A stretch of 63,906 bases of DNA from a virus (taxonomy: Duplodnaviria; Caudoviricetes), in the IMG/VR virus record IMGVR_UViG_3300010371_000004, positions 1 through 63,906 of that record; one strand, given 5' to 3'. The notes beneath the pieces are model-generated. The model saw only the letters and a list, made by a program, of their open reading frames with translations. It did no database searches and was not told the origin of the DNA. The translations under genes were made by a program, and so were the position numbers. Numbering within the stretch: position 1 is the first letter of the stretch; every line of letters starts with the position of its first letter. Positions 50,356 to 60,865 of the stretch are shown here, piece by piece.

Positions 50356-51860
50356 TGAGGAGCCGCCGATATACCGCCTAGATTCAGGTTGTCAAAGTTG
50401 AACTGATTGTCAAGCTGTTGAGCGACAATGCCAGGAGGTACCGCGCCCGTTGAACGTGCTGTACCGTTCACCCAGTCGGGGCCGTCTTTAATGACCCTGT
50501 TTCGAACTTGGGGCATGGATGCTCCGGGATTATTCGTGCTCGTTCCTGCCGGATCGGTGCCGCCTCCTCCGACCTTGTTCCCAATCCATGAGGCTATGCC
50601 TTGAATACCTCTAAAAACCAATCCAGGCCCCGACATCCTTGCAAGTTGCATCCCTATCTGACCCAATAGCGGCAAGGGATTGCCGCTTAAAGCCTCACCT
50701 GCCGCGTTCAATGGCGCTTGACTGTTATCTCTCCACCATTTGTCGAACTTATTGCCTGCGATTTGCTTTTCTGCGCGATATTTGATTTCCGCTTGATATC
50801 CGCCTTTGTCATAGTCTCCACGACTCGATTTAAGTCTTTCGTAAGTTTCGGGGTCAAGATCGCTTGTCCATGCATCCTCTTGAAGACCTAGACCCCTTGC
50901 AAGACGCATTTTTTCAATGGGGTCCTTCGTACCGTGGAGTAGGTCCAACGATTTCACATAGTTGGCGGTTTTGTCTGGCGTGAAATAGTCGCCCAAATCC
51001 GTGATCCCGTGAGCGCGAGCGACCGCCGCTGCATATCCTCCGCCCCGAAGTCTTGTGCCTAACGCTTCCGCTTTACTTCCCGCGTTATCACCACCAAGGC
51101 CCAACGCTTGACCGAGTTCAGTAGGACTTCCCCCGCTTTGCCAGTATGCCGCCGACCCGGTAGCGATTCGACCCGCGCCACCCTCAATGAAACCTATACC
51201 CGCCGTGATCGCTGCCGCACCCGCTGCACCCGCAATAATGAAAGGTATCGCCGCAGAAGCCGCCGCAGCCACAAGAAAAGCGGTTTCACCCGCCGCCGCA
51301 GAACCAGCGCCATAACCGAGAGCACTTGAAATACCTTTAGCGATTAGGCCCGTGCCTCCCTGTGCGATTGCCCCCCCTGCCGCTGATGCCAGAAGAGAAC
51401 CGCCAGCGCCGCCAAATCTTGAGACCGGGCCGAATCCCGCCGCCAATGCTTTCCCCATGATCGGAGACAGCGACCCATCTCCAAGAATTCGGGATGTCAT
51501 TATCATTTCCCGAACTCGCTCTTCCTGAGTCTTCGGGACTAACGTCTGCGATGCTCGCTTGTCCCAAAGCGTCATGAACTTTTCGCGCGTTCGCCGTTCC
51601 TCTTGCTCGTCCTGCTTGAGTTGTCTCGCAATCTGTGAAGCCGTGGCTGGTTTAGGTCCAATAAATCCTTTCCCTAGACCTGTATCAGAAACATTTCGAC
51701 CGCCAAGGGTTTTAGCGGAACCGCCCGTGTCCTTGACCGTCCGGTTCAGATCCTTAACGTCGGCATTTAGGCCGCCGACCTGTTCGCGTGTCGCCTTGAC
51801 CGCTGCTAGGAGTTCCTTGAAACCATCAGGACTGATCGGGGTTTGATAGCCTTGTGCCAT
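50352..51860 (-). CDS. Tape measure protein (short, 502 aa)
   Basis: Ala/Gly-rich helical protein immediately after the frameshifting chaperone. Confidence 0.7.
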   Translation of the reverse strand: MAQGYQTPISPDGFKELLAAVKATREQVGGLNADVKDLNRTVKDTGGSAKTLGGRNVSDTGLGKGFIGPKPATASQIARQLKQDEQEERRTREKFMTLWDKRASQTLVPKTQEERVREMIMTSRILGDGSLSPIMGKALAAGFGPVSRFGGAGGSLLASAAGGAIAQGGTGLIAKGISSALGYGAGSAAAGETAFLVAAAASAAIPFIIAGAAGAAAITAGIGFIEGGAGRIATGSAAYWQSGGSPTELGQALGLGGDNAGSKAEALGTRLRGGGYAAAVARAHGITDLGDYFTPDKTANYVKSLDLLHGTKDPIEKMRLARGLGLQEDAWTSDLDPETYERLKSSRGDYDKGGYQAEIKYRAEKQIAGNKFDKWWRDNSQAPLNAAGEALSGNPLPLLGQIGMQLARMSGPGLVFRGIQGIASWIGNKVGGGGTDPAGTSTNNPGASMPQVRNRVIKDGPDWVNGTARSTGAVPPGIVAQQLDNQFNFDNLNLGGISAAPQ

Positions 51861-52639
51861 TTACATACTCACTGGAATCTCAACGCTACTTGGATATTTT
51901 GTCGCACGGCTCACGAGTCCCGCCATAGGATCGGCGTATTCGTCGCTATCTGGTTCTTCACGCTCTATTGTAAGCGCATCATAGGATTCAAGCCACCATG
52001 AAGTATCGAGACGTCTTGGGGGATATCCGGCTTTTCCGCGCGTCATGTGACATAGGCAGGCGCAAATGTACGCCAAACTATCGGCAAAACTCTGAAATAC
52101 TTCGGGGTCAGGAAAGCCGTTCGAGATTAAGAAGTCTCTTGCTTCTCCGAGTTGCCCGTCAATGCGTTTCCCTGGTTTGGTTCACCGCCGCCGCTATGGA
52201 TGATGATTCCCTTACTAACCAGTTCGTCAAACCCATCGGGAGCAACGACCGACATAACTAAAAGTTGGTCCATGTTATATCGTCCCGTTGGCGGCTGCAT
52301 CTCCTGCAACCTTGCGCACCGCATTAGAAGGCCCCAACTAAGCTCCGGCACCTCTGGGGTGACGCCTGACTCGTCGGGCTTGCACAGGTCAACGAAGGGC
52401 ATATAGAGCAATGGTTCCTTAACCAGTTGCTCCAGCGCATCTCTGAATCCGCCCGTAACGTACCGCGCGTAATAGTCGTCAGCCAAAATCCGCGCCCGGT
52501 CTTCTTCGGGGTTGAGCAACCGGCGCAGCTGAAACGCGATAGGGGCCATCTTCCCATCATCGTCAACGATATTTGGATCGGTGACGGTGACAGGCAGGTA
52601 CTTACGGGGCTTTAGACGAACGGAGTTGAAATCGACCAT
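51861..52639 (-). CDS. Tail assembly chaperone G (52127-52639) and its -1 frameshift extension GT (to 51861)
   Basis: In-frame slippery G-GGA-AAC at 52166-52172; the -1 frame is open into ORF 51861-52076. Confidence 0.8.
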
Positions 52640-52643
52640 AGGC

Positions 52644-53213
52644 TTACTGGAACAGAGCAAGAGGCGCGTAATTCAGGTCACAGTTCTTGGGCGAAAGTGT
52701 CATTTCGCAAGCGTTCTTGATGTACGTCACGATTCCGTCTGACGAACTCCGAATCGTGCCAAGCATCACAAACATTTCCGTACCTGCCGGGTACACGAGA
52801 TTGATGGTGGACGTTCCGCTCGTGTAGGAAATCGAGCCACCCGCCGATGCTTGATTGATTCGAATCATTTGCACCATCACGAGGGGTTGAAGCGTGGCCG
52901 CAATGTACGGGATAAGGTTTGCATTGCCCGCGCCTCCTTTCTTGAGGATTTCTCCGACAGTACAATTGAAGTCGATCAAGCCTGCTTCGTAGTTGGCAAA
53001 TAGATCGTCAACCGATGCCACCATATCAAGCTGATGATCGTATCCGAACCGGCAATAGTCCAGTGAGCCCGTCGAGTTCGTGGCGTCGAGATAGCCGAGA
53101 GCCGACCACGTTACAGTAAATGGCGCTGCCGTTCTTTGAACGCCTGTGTAGATCCGAAGGCACTTTAGGTCCTTTCCGACCATGAAGTTTTTAGGAGCCG
53201 TTGAGTTTGCCAT
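52644..53213 (-). CDS. Probable major tail (tube) protein
   Basis: Position between the neck genes and the chaperone. Confidence 0.6.
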   Translation of the reverse strand: MANSTAPKNFMVGKDLKCLRIYTGVQRTAAPFTVTWSALGYLDATNSTGSLDYCRFGYDHQLDMVASVDDLFANYEAGLIDFNCTVGEILKKGGAGNANLIPYIAATLQPLVMVQMIRINQASAGGSISYTSGTSTINLVYPAGTEMFVMLGTIRSSSDGIVTYIKNACEMTLSPKNCDLNYAPLALFQ

Positions 53214-53219
53214 TTTTGA

Positions 53220-53723
53220 TTATCCGAACTGTGTTTGCCAAGCCTTTGAAAACTCTTCCTGGAAGATGCCGGGGCCGATTTCGTTGATGTACTGCGCCAG
53301 TGCAACGTCTAAAGGTCGCTTCACCATTTTATAGGTTCCAGTCTCCAAAAACGACGCATACGGAGCCGTATTCACTACCATGATAGCAGGAGCGCCCTTT
53401 ATGTCCGCTGTCCGCTGAACTATCCACGAGTTATAGAAGCTTCCCGACTGCTTATTAATGACCGCAGGATTGCCGTAGGGAATAGGTCCGCGAGTTACGA
53501 CCGTCCCGAACCTTGAACCCGATGCGATAACCCTCGCAAACCCCTTGCCGTAGGGATGGCCCATCTTTGCTAGTTCCGCGCTCGAATACTGACCACTTGA
53601 AAGATGCTTGGCTAAGATGACCACTTTCATGGCGATTCGCTTGTTTGACTCGTTCGGGACCTTTGTTGCCAACGCTCTTTCAAACGCCTTGAAGTCCCTT
53701 TCTAGCTGTGCAAGGTCTTTCAT
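53220..53723 (-). CDS. HK97 gp10-like tail completion protein
   Basis: NTAPYASFLETGTYKMVKRP. Confidence 0.75.
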   Translation of the reverse strand: MKDLAQLERDFKAFERALATKVPNESNKRIAMKVVILAKHLSSGQYSSAELAKMGHPYGKGFARVIASGSRFGTVVTRGPIPYGNPAVINKQSGSFYNSWIVQRTADIKGAPAIMVVNTAPYASFLETGTYKMVKRPLDVALAQYINEIGPGIFQEEFSKAWQTQFG

Positions 53724-54214
53724 GTGTGGATGATGTGGCAAGCAAAACCAGGGTCCCACCTAGCGCACGCACTATTGATGGGGTTCTTCGATGACGTTAA
53801 AAGCACGTTGATAGGTGAGTCGATATCGCTCATGGTCGTGCCCGCTTCCATGACTTGAAATGTCGTATATCCCGTCCCGTTGTCGAGCGTGTAGCAGAGA
53901 TTTAGGACGCAATCATTGGCGGTGTCTTGGTTCCAGGTTGCGCTTTGCTTGTCGATAACATGAGCCGTGACACTGAACCGCTTGTTATTTGGATCATCTA
54001 CGCCCCAGTCTGGATCAGCGGCAAACGTGCCAATTTCCAAGACGCCGCAAGGGAACACAATATCATCCGCGCGAACTTCTTGCGGGAAGTTTTGCACCGC
54101 ACCCTGAACCGCCGTAAAGAAGTTCATTTTATTAGGGTCAGTCAACACAGCCAAGCCAAAAGCCGTTCTGATGATCGGCTCTAGCTCGTCTATGATGTCT
54201 TGGAGAGCGCCCAT
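53720..54214 (-). CDS. Probable tail terminator
   Basis: Synteny; FPCGVLE pattern. Confidence 0.5.
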   Translation of the reverse strand: MGALQDIIDELEPIIRTAFGLAVLTDPNKMNFFTAVQGAVQNFPQEVRADDIVFPCGVLEIGTFAADPDWGVDDPNNKRFSVTAHVIDKQSATWNQDTANDCVLNLCYTLDNGTGYTTFQVMEAGTTMSDIDSPINVLLTSSKNPINSACARWDPGFACHIIHT

Positions 54215-54392
54215 TTACTCCGGCCTAACAGGACTCCCGCCAGGGCTAGTGATTTCCTCAACGGATTTACCGCCTACCATGTTTGCCGCATTGCTGACTG
54301 ATAGCTTGTAAACCCCCACGAATACCGGCTTAGGATCTTCGGAAGGAGTCACAACTGTTTCTGGTTTTGGATCTTTGTCTGCCATGATTTCC

Positions 54393-54734
54393 TTAGACGA
54401 TGACCACCGCATTGCCGTTGACCGTCGATGCGTCGGTTGTCGTGATCTTGACTGACGTTACGTCCGACGCAAACCACTTAGGCGCTACCGTGTTGTTCGC
54501 GTTGAACAAATCAAGATCCCAGTGCATCGACATACCGTCCGCGAGAACTACCGTTAGCAGCAATGACACGCCATTGTAAAACTTGATGGTCGTTGTCGCA
54601 CCCGTGCCGGTAGCCGCCGAAATGTCGAATGATTCAAGCGTCGTCTTTGAGAACGCCCAAGCGTAAACCGTATCAGTTTGACTGGCCGGGACCAATTGAG
54701 AAAAGGGTACACCTTCATTCCCTGTCAGAGTCAC
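54393..54734 (-). CDS. Hypothetical virion protein; start may be further upstream
   Basis: Lies in the neck module. Confidence 0.55.
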   Translation of the reverse strand: MTLTGNEGVPFSQLVPASQTDTVYAWAFSKTTLESFDISAATGTGATTTIKFYNGVSLLLTVVLADGMSMHWDLDLFNANNTVAPKWFASDVTSVKITTTDASTVNGNAVVIV

Positions 54735-54824
54735 CGAGCCGCTGATAGTCGGGCCGGTTGTTCCGGTCGAAGTCGTTGTGATTGTTCTTGTTAAAAGCTC
54801 GCCAGCGATAATTGCACGTACTCC

Positions 54825-55214
54825 CTATGGAATGATGTCGGGCAAGATGATCGGAACCACCTTGCATGTAGAATAGCCCAGAAGTTGACGGCGCTGCGGT
54901 TCTCCGTCTACGAAACCACTGAAAGTGATTCCTAGCCGAGTAGTCCCACTCAGATAATCGCCCGCCTTAAAGTCTGCGTCATACTGCAACCGCAAAACGT
55001 TCGCTTGGAAGATGTCTTCCATTTTCGTATCACCTGCCGGTGATGTATGCGTGTAGAAGTAAGACGACTCTTGCCAGTTGCACTGATATGGTCCGCTCCG
55101 ATAGGTGACGCCTATGGGGTTCTTATTGGCGTCTTTTACAGGACGGTAGAACGTGACTGTATTCCCGTACATCTGAGCCGCCAATCCAGAACCTTGCCAT
55201 CCTGAAAGTGCCAT
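54825..55214 (-). CDS. Probable head closure protein
   Basis: Synteny after the adaptor; TVTFYRP...FKAGDYL. Confidence 0.55.
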   Translation of the reverse strand: MALSGWQGSGLAAQMYGNTVTFYRPVKDANKNPIGVTYRSGPYQCNWQESSYFYTHTSPAGDTKMEDIFQANVLRLQYDADFKAGDYLSGTTRLGITFSGFVDGEPQRRQLLGYSTCKVVPIILPDIIP

Positions 55215-55876
55215 CAGTTCATCAACCTATATCCCGCGAGTGTCTGGTAAGCCTCAGCCGCGAGCGCCGACCCTAGTTTGTTGTCGAAGTGCTGTGAAAC
55301 TGTTGTGTCGCCGTCCTTGATTGAGTCGGGCCCCGCAATAATGCCTTGCAGCATGGCTGTAAGCACGTAGGATGCGGCTAAAATGAGCACCGCATACCAA
55401 ACGTCATCGGGTACAGATCCCGAGCAGTAGCCCCATACTCCAGTAATGACCACGCTCTGAGGCGGGCCCCATTGAGGAGCAGAAAACTCTATCTTTGTCC
55501 AGGGTTCGCCTTTACTTGCGGCATCGCTTGGCCCTAGAAAATAATTGACGCCCAATGTCTGAAGCGATCCGACCGATCCGTTATAGACGCTCGTGTAGAC
55601 CGATGTAACCGAGATTAAGCCGTTTCTCAAAAGCAGCGTCTCGATACCTCCGCGATTCATCCCCTTCTTGTTTGGTCCTGGCGGGTCGTAAGGTTCCGCG
55701 ACTGGCGTGGCATCCGTCTGGAAAAATGGAAGATATCGAGACCTCCGACTCCAATCCCTAATGGCCGCATTAACCTGGCTCGTGATATCCGCCGATGCGT
55801 TGACAGCAATAGGAGGCGTCAGCGTCGTAAGAAACGCTTTCACCTCCGTAGCTGTGGGCATCGCGGCATGGCTCAT
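55214..55876 (-). CDS. Head-tail adaptor
   Basis: TATEVKAFL...VVITGVWGY...VPDDVWYAVL. Confidence 0.75.
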   Translation of the reverse strand: MSHAAMPTATEVKAFLTTLTPPIAVNASADITSQVNAAIRDWSRRSRYLPFFQTDATPVAEPYDPPGPNKKGMNRGGIETLLLRNGLISVTSVYTSVYNGSVGSLQTLGVNYFLGPSDAASKGEPWTKIEFSAPQWGPPQSVVITGVWGYCSGSVPDDVWYAVLILAASYVLTAMLQGIIAGPDSIKDGDTTVSQHFDNKLGSALAAEAYQTLAGYRLMN

Positions 55877-56146
55877 TTACTTCTTCAAATCGGCTAGAAG
55901 TGCCTTGATATCAGTGATGGCATCTTCTGCCGGTACGTCCTTCGCGGCGAGTGTCAGAGCGTTTAGAGCCTGGTTAAACCGGTACCTTGCAGCACCGCCA
56001 GGGGCTTTAATCTCTTCCCACTCCGCATCCGTGCAGAGTTTCGATACACCCGGCGACATAATGACGACATTCTTACCATCCCGCCGACCATCCACGAATG
56101 GATATTCCTGTGCTACTGGGGGTGAAGCTTCCGCGAGTCCTTGCAT
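55877..56146 (-). CDS. Hypothetical protein
   Basis: Coupled within the head module. Confidence 0.55.
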   Translation of the reverse strand: MQGLAEASPPVAQEYPFVDGRRDGKNVVIMSPGVSKLCTDAEWEEIKAPGGAARYRFNQALNALTLAAKDVPAEDAITDIKALLADLKK

Positions 56147-56329
56147 TACTTAGTGTCCTTTTCGGCTTTGGATGCTCTGGCTGGATTTTGAAGCTTATCA
56201 AGTTCATCGTCCGAGACCTTGCGGGTTTCGCCGTTCTCGAATTGGATGGCCGTTAAGCCGTTATCTTTTCCTATAACTTCGAATTTCATGACATTGGTTG
56301 CGGGGGAATTTCACCCCCGCGAGTTTTCC

Positions 56330-56821
56330 TTAGACTAGGCTTCGCGTCGGGTTCGACGTTAGCTGATAGCCTGCCGCCGCATAACCTGGTGCCACTGCGA
56401 GTTGAGTTGCTGCGCCCGTTTGCGGGTTGTACTGAATGGCAATGACCAACGAAACTACGACGTTTGCCGTAGCTCGTGACCACTGCGCACGAACATACCG
56501 AGACGGAGGCCGATAGATGTCGATGCCTACGAGAGTATTCGAATCTCCCGTAGTGGCGACACCCTGAACCGTCAACCCCGTAATAGGGTGCAGAAGGTTG
56601 TCAATCGTGCCCGACCCGTAGGTGTTGGACACGTCCGAATTCTTCGCCACCAGCGTAAAGACGCCGGTATCGGTCAGAGTTCCGACTGCCGCGATGAACA
56701 TGACGCCCTCGAAGCCAAGCATGTCGATTTGGGTACCAGTGGTGGTATCCGAAGTGCCAGCCGCCTGAGCCGCGTGGTTGATCGTGGCTACCGCTCCTGG
56801 GGAAAGTTGGTGTAGAAACAT
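56330..56821 (-). CDS. Capsid decoration-like protein
   Basis: AAGGAG RBS; IDMLGFEGVMF...RYVR; follows the major capsid gene and precedes a hairpin. Confidence 0.7.
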   Translation of the reverse strand: MFLHQLSPGAVATINHAAQAAGTSDTTTGTQIDMLGFEGVMFIAAVGTLTDTGVFTLVAKNSDVSNTYGSGTIDNLLHPITGLTVQGVATTGDSNTLVGIDIYRPPSRYVRAQWSRATANVVVSLVIAIQYNPQTGAATQLAVAPGYAAAGYQLTSNPTRSLV

Positions 56822-56834
56822 ATCATTTACTCCT

Positions 56835-58262
56835 TTATGCCTGCTTCCCGATGTGAACGGCTCTGTTCTGGACAACCTGACCGCCTGCACGGAATCGGAA
56901 CATCCAGCCGACGCGGTTTTGAGCCAGCATCGACTTGTCCTGATCGCCGTAAGGCATGACTGCGAGTCCGAGCCGTCGAGCAAGAACGTAAGCCTCGAAG
57001 AAGTCACCGAACGCGATTGGATACGCATTCGTTGCAACGTTCGGCATGAACGCTGAGAACACGACCTTATAGCCCATAAGCAGCGGACGCCGCGCATTTG
57101 CCATACCCTCGGGTCCGTCGTTTCGAGCCAAACCGAAGATGTACTGTCCTGACGTGTCTTTGATCTGTGCGAACGTCGAGAACGCCGACATACGGTTCAT
57201 AACCGCAATCGTTCGCTCTTCGTTGTCCGAATACTGCGGAGGCAGTGCGTAGACGAAACCCGTCAACTTGTCAGCCGTGATCGGGTCGGAAAGGTTGGAC
57301 GATGGCGGATAGAGTCCACCGGAGCCGCCAGGGTTGATAAGGAAGCCTGTAGGCTGTCCTGCGCCCGTGCCGTTCACGACAACGTTATCCATTCCCAGAT
57401 TGTATGCACTCGCTGCAAGCTCTTGGATGATCGCGCTTACGTTTACAGCGGAGTCCTCGAGCAAGTTGCGGGACATTTCGATTGGGAACTGCCCCGTGTA
57501 GATCGGGATTTCAACATCACCGAATACCGGGTCGGTGATTGAAGGTGTCGGCCCATTCTCTCCGATCCACTGGATTCGGATTCCAGAGTTGTAGATGTCG
57601 CCGGTATCCGAGTCGTAGTTGACGCGCGGGAAAATGACCTTATCCCGCGAGCAGGTAATCGACTGGATGTAGTTGAGAAGGCTCGTCGGATGCGGCTTGC
57701 GCATGATGACCTTCGCGAACCACTCAGGCGGTACGAGGTAACCGCCGCCAGCATCGGAACCTTCCGAGAGCGACACATAGTCCGCTCGGTCGGCCTTGGC
57801 GCGAAGGAATCGGCCAAACGCTGCACCGTAGGACGGCTCGGAGATCTTCGCGAACTGCGATGACGAAATGGCCCATCCTTCCGCATCCTGAACCACGAAG
57901 CGGCCATCTTCGCCGCGTCGCATAAGGTCGGTACCGGCCCTTTCAACAAACGTCTGCTGAGATACGATTCCGCGAGCGCGGTCTACCTCTTGCTGCATCG
58001 TCTGAATTTGGTCAGCGCCTACCGTGATACCGGCGAGGTTCTGAACACGTCCGCTACCGTTGAGGAACGTGTTTGCCGATGCCGTCGAATCGGCCAGGGA
58101 ATTGGCACTATCGAGTGCCTGTTTAGCCGCTGTGATGTCCGTGGAGATTGAAGCCAGTCGAGCGGACTCTTCTGCTGTATGCTCAGACTTCGCTTGAAGT
58201 CCTTGCGCCTCGGATAGCAGCGCCTGTAGCTTATCCTGACATGCTTTGATGTGTGGATTCAT
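56835..58262 (-). CDS. Major capsid protein, HK97 fold
   Basis: N-terminal delta domain; GGYLVPPEW, NGTGAGQPTG, IAFGDF and FRFRAGG motifs. Confidence 0.92.
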   Translation of the reverse strand: MNPHIKACQDKLQALLSEAQGLQAKSEHTAEESARLASISTDITAAKQALDSANSLADSTASANTFLNGSGRVQNLAGITVGADQIQTMQQEVDRARGIVSQQTFVERAGTDLMRRGEDGRFVVQDAEGWAISSSQFAKISEPSYGAAFGRFLRAKADRADYVSLSEGSDAGGGYLVPPEWFAKVIMRKPHPTSLLNYIQSITCSRDKVIFPRVNYDSDTGDIYNSGIRIQWIGENGPTPSITDPVFGDVEIPIYTGQFPIEMSRNLLEDSAVNVSAIIQELAASAYNLGMDNVVVNGTGAGQPTGFLINPGGSGGLYPPSSNLSDPITADKLTGFVYALPPQYSDNEERTIAVMNRMSAFSTFAQIKDTSGQYIFGLARNDGPEGMANARRPLLMGYKVVFSAFMPNVATNAYPIAFGDFFEAYVLARRLGLAVMPYGDQDKSMLAQNRVGWMFRFRAGGQVVQNRAVHIGKQA

Positions 58263-59496
58263 TGCTTGCTCCTGTCTGTCGTTGCGACAAAGCGAGCGTT
58301 ATTTGAGCATCGAAAATAGCCTTGTCAAGCTCCGTTCTAGTCACGCTAGATGGCTCCTGTAGCAAAGCAAGTTCGGCCTTCAACGCTTCGACTTGTGCGA
58401 GGTTGTCGGAGATATGAGAGAGCGCCTTCGTAGACAATTGGCGTCCCTCTGACGAGCGAGCGGCCCTTATGTCCGCAACCCGTTCTGTCAGTCCCCGAAC
58501 GGCAGCAAGCACCGTTTCGGACTCTTCAGCGAGAGTCATACCGTGCGGTAGATCCTCACTGGAAACCGTTGGCTCCTCTGTTACGAGGGTAAATGTGGCG
58601 ACCTCGGGCAAGTCATGTTCTGACCGCGCTTCGTTGGTCGTCATCATGCGGGTATTCGATACCGAACCGCTTAGGACCTCTTTAGCGGCCTCATCCATCG
58701 AACACACTCGGTCGATAAGCCCCTTTGATAAGGCATCCGAAGCAATCCAAACCTGACCCGTTGCAAGTTCTTTTACTGCGCCCCTAGTCATTGATCGGCC
58801 CTTGGCAACGGCTCCTAAAAAATGGCCGTTCAAATCGTTCACGACCCGCATGAAATCCGTTCGTTGGTCTTCGGTAATTGCAGCACCAGGAACGCCCGCG
58901 CCCTTGAAATCGCCAGTAGACAGTACCAAGACCTCGATACCGTCTGCTTCTGCGGCTTTGCTCATGTCATAGAGCACCATGTACGTGCCGATTGAACCGA
59001 TTAGCGCGGTATCGTTGCTGAAAATCTTCGTACACTGCGAAGCTACCCAATAGGCAGCGGAACATGCCGAATCCTCGATATAGGCATAAACCGGCTTCTT
59101 GATCGCACACTTGCGCACGTCTTGGGCAAGATCCGCAGTGCCGGAAACTGAACCGCCCGGCGAATCAATCCGAATCATCAGGGCTTTAACATCCTCGTCG
59201 TTCTGAGCAGCCCTTACCAATCTTCGAAGGTAGCTGGTAGACGTGCCCGAATCCATGCTTGTGGGTTTCTTGGTCATCGGACCAACGAGGGATAGATACG
59301 CGATACCGTCACGAATCGAGTAATCGCGGTCATCGTCGCTATCGTCTTCACCCGATCTTGCCCTAACATCTTCCGTATGCTGAACAACCGAAGTCGAGCG
59401 CATCATGAAGAGGAACTGACGCGCCGCCGTTTCCTCGATAGCCCAGTGAGGGCCATGAGGAGGGACAAGAGTCATCATGTTCGGGGTGTTTCTCAT
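58231..59496 (-). CDS. S49 (SppA-like) prohead protease
   Basis: IDSPGGSV, ACSAAYWVAS, GSIG and ATGQVW motifs. Confidence 0.92.
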   Translation of the reverse strand: MRNTPNMMTLVPPHGPHWAIEETAARQFLFMMRSTSVVQHTEDVRARSGEDDSDDDRDYSIRDGIAYLSLVGPMTKKPTSMDSGTSTSYLRRLVRAAQNDEDVKALMIRIDSPGGSVSGTADLAQDVRKCAIKKPVYAYIEDSACSAAYWVASQCTKIFSNDTALIGSIGTYMVLYDMSKAAEADGIEVLVLSTGDFKGAGVPGAAITEDQRTDFMRVVNDLNGHFLGAVAKGRSMTRGAVKELATGQVWIASDALSKGLIDRVCSMDEAAKEVLSGSVSNTRMMTTNEARSEHDLPEVATFTLVTEEPTVSSEDLPHGMTLAEESETVLAAVRGLTERVADIRAARSSEGRQLSTKALSHISDNLAQVEALKAELALLQEPSSVTRTELDKAIFDAQITLALSQRQTGASNESTHQSMSG

Positions 59497-59500
59497 GTGT

Positions 59501-60565
59501 TTATTGATAGACCGTCGTCAATCCTGAGTTCGCCGCATCACCCTTAATCGTGATCCCAGCAACGCCCGTATTATTGAACGTGTACGTGGTTCCGACCGTC
59601 GCCGCTGCTGGGATGATGCCCAAAATGATTCCCGATCCAGCAGAAGCATTATCATAAATCGCAGTTGCACCCGCTCCCGATACCGTCACCAGGCACTTAA
59701 CCAACGTACCAGGACTGGCCTTAATCACCTGGTCGCTCGCGCTAACTGGACAATCGACCGCCGTCCCTGTCAATGGCACGAGTTGAGCGGTCGGATTAAC
59801 CGTCGAAGTCGAAACGTACATTGCCACGTCCGCTTCACCTGTGACCGCTCCACCAGATGCTGAAAGCCTGATACCCAAAAGACCTACGACGTTGATTGTG
59901 TAGAAACCTGTTTCGGCAGACGGGATTGTAGAGCTCGGAGCGCCTGTCGTTTGGTTTACAATCGCATTTGCTCCAAGGGTAAACCACACAACGTTGTCAA
60001 CCGTTCCACGAGGCACGAGAGCCTGTGTGTAGGTTCCTGAAACTGAAACGCCGACTTGAGAAGCGCCCGCAGGTAGTTGCGTAATCTGGCAGTACGAACC
60101 TGCTGTCGGAGTCGGTCCCGTTGGGGCCAGGTCCCTTGTAGTGATCGCTCCCGTTGCACTCGCCGAAAGTGTTGGCGTACCTAATGCGGGGTTAACGCCA
60201 GCCGTACTCTCCCAAAGCGAAACCGTAGCCGAGCCGGTTACCGTTCCTTCCGCGTTCAGCCTAACACCACGAAGCCCCGCGACATTGATCGTGAAGAAGG
60301 ATTGAGCAGCCGAGGCGATAGTAGCGGTTACCGCGCCTGTCTGCTGGTTCACAATCGGAAGCGGACCAAGAATAAACCAGTCATTACCATTGACTGTGCC
60401 CCGAGCAGTCAACGCTCCGGTGTAAGTGCCGTAAACAGAGACACCCACCGAACCCGTTCCGGGGTCTAGATCCATCAGCGTAACGGATGACAGATTGGTA
60501 GGAGTACCGCCCGTCAAAACGAGATTCTTAGTCGAGATAGTTCCTGATGCGCCGTTTGGTGTCAT
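59501..60565 (-). CDS. Virion protein with a tandemly duplicated beta domain
   Basis: VGVSV.GTYT.AL..RGTV....WF.LG...IVNQ.TGA occurs twice. Confidence 0.7.
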   Translation of the reverse strand: MTPNGASGTISTKNLVLTGGTPTNLSSVTLMDLDPGTGSVGVSVYGTYTGALTARGTVNGNDWFILGPLPIVNQQTGAVTATIASAAQSFFTINVAGLRGVRLNAEGTVTGSATVSLWESTAGVNPALGTPTLSASATGAITTRDLAPTGPTPTAGSYCQITQLPAGASQVGVSVSGTYTQALVPRGTVDNVVWFTLGANAIVNQTTGAPSSTIPSAETGFYTINVVGLLGIRLSASGGAVTGEADVAMYVSTSTVNPTAQLVPLTGTAVDCPVSASDQVIKASPGTLVKCLVTVSGAGATAIYDNASAGSGIILGIIPAAATVGTTYTFNNTGVAGITIKGDAANSGLTTVYQ

Positions 60566-60568
60566 TGC

Positions 60569-60865
60569 TTATTTTTCCATTATCGGTAGCGGGTCCAAAC
60601 CGTTTTCTTTGCGGTGCCTTTCGGCCATGTCCTGCGCGGAGTGGATCGCGTCCAAAATTGTCACCTCAGCGTTTATGGGGATCTCCACCTTAACCGCACC
60701 TCGGATTGTTTCCAGTGTATTCGATAGGACGCCTAACAGTTCACGGTCCGACCTTTCGCACCTGGCATTGTGAATGGTGCAAGGAACCGTGACCATGCCC
60801 TGCGTGTGTGGAATCTCGATTCTCACCATTGGCATATCCGATTCAATTAGCGGTGTTACGGTCAT
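60569..60865 (-). CDS. Hypothetical protein
   Basis: ATGA-coupled to the portal. Confidence 0.6.
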   Translation of the reverse strand: MTVTPLIESDMPMVRIEIPHTQGMVTVPCTIHNARCERSDRELLGVLSNTLETIRGAVKVEIPINAEVTILDAIHSAQDMAERHRKENGLDPLPIMEK

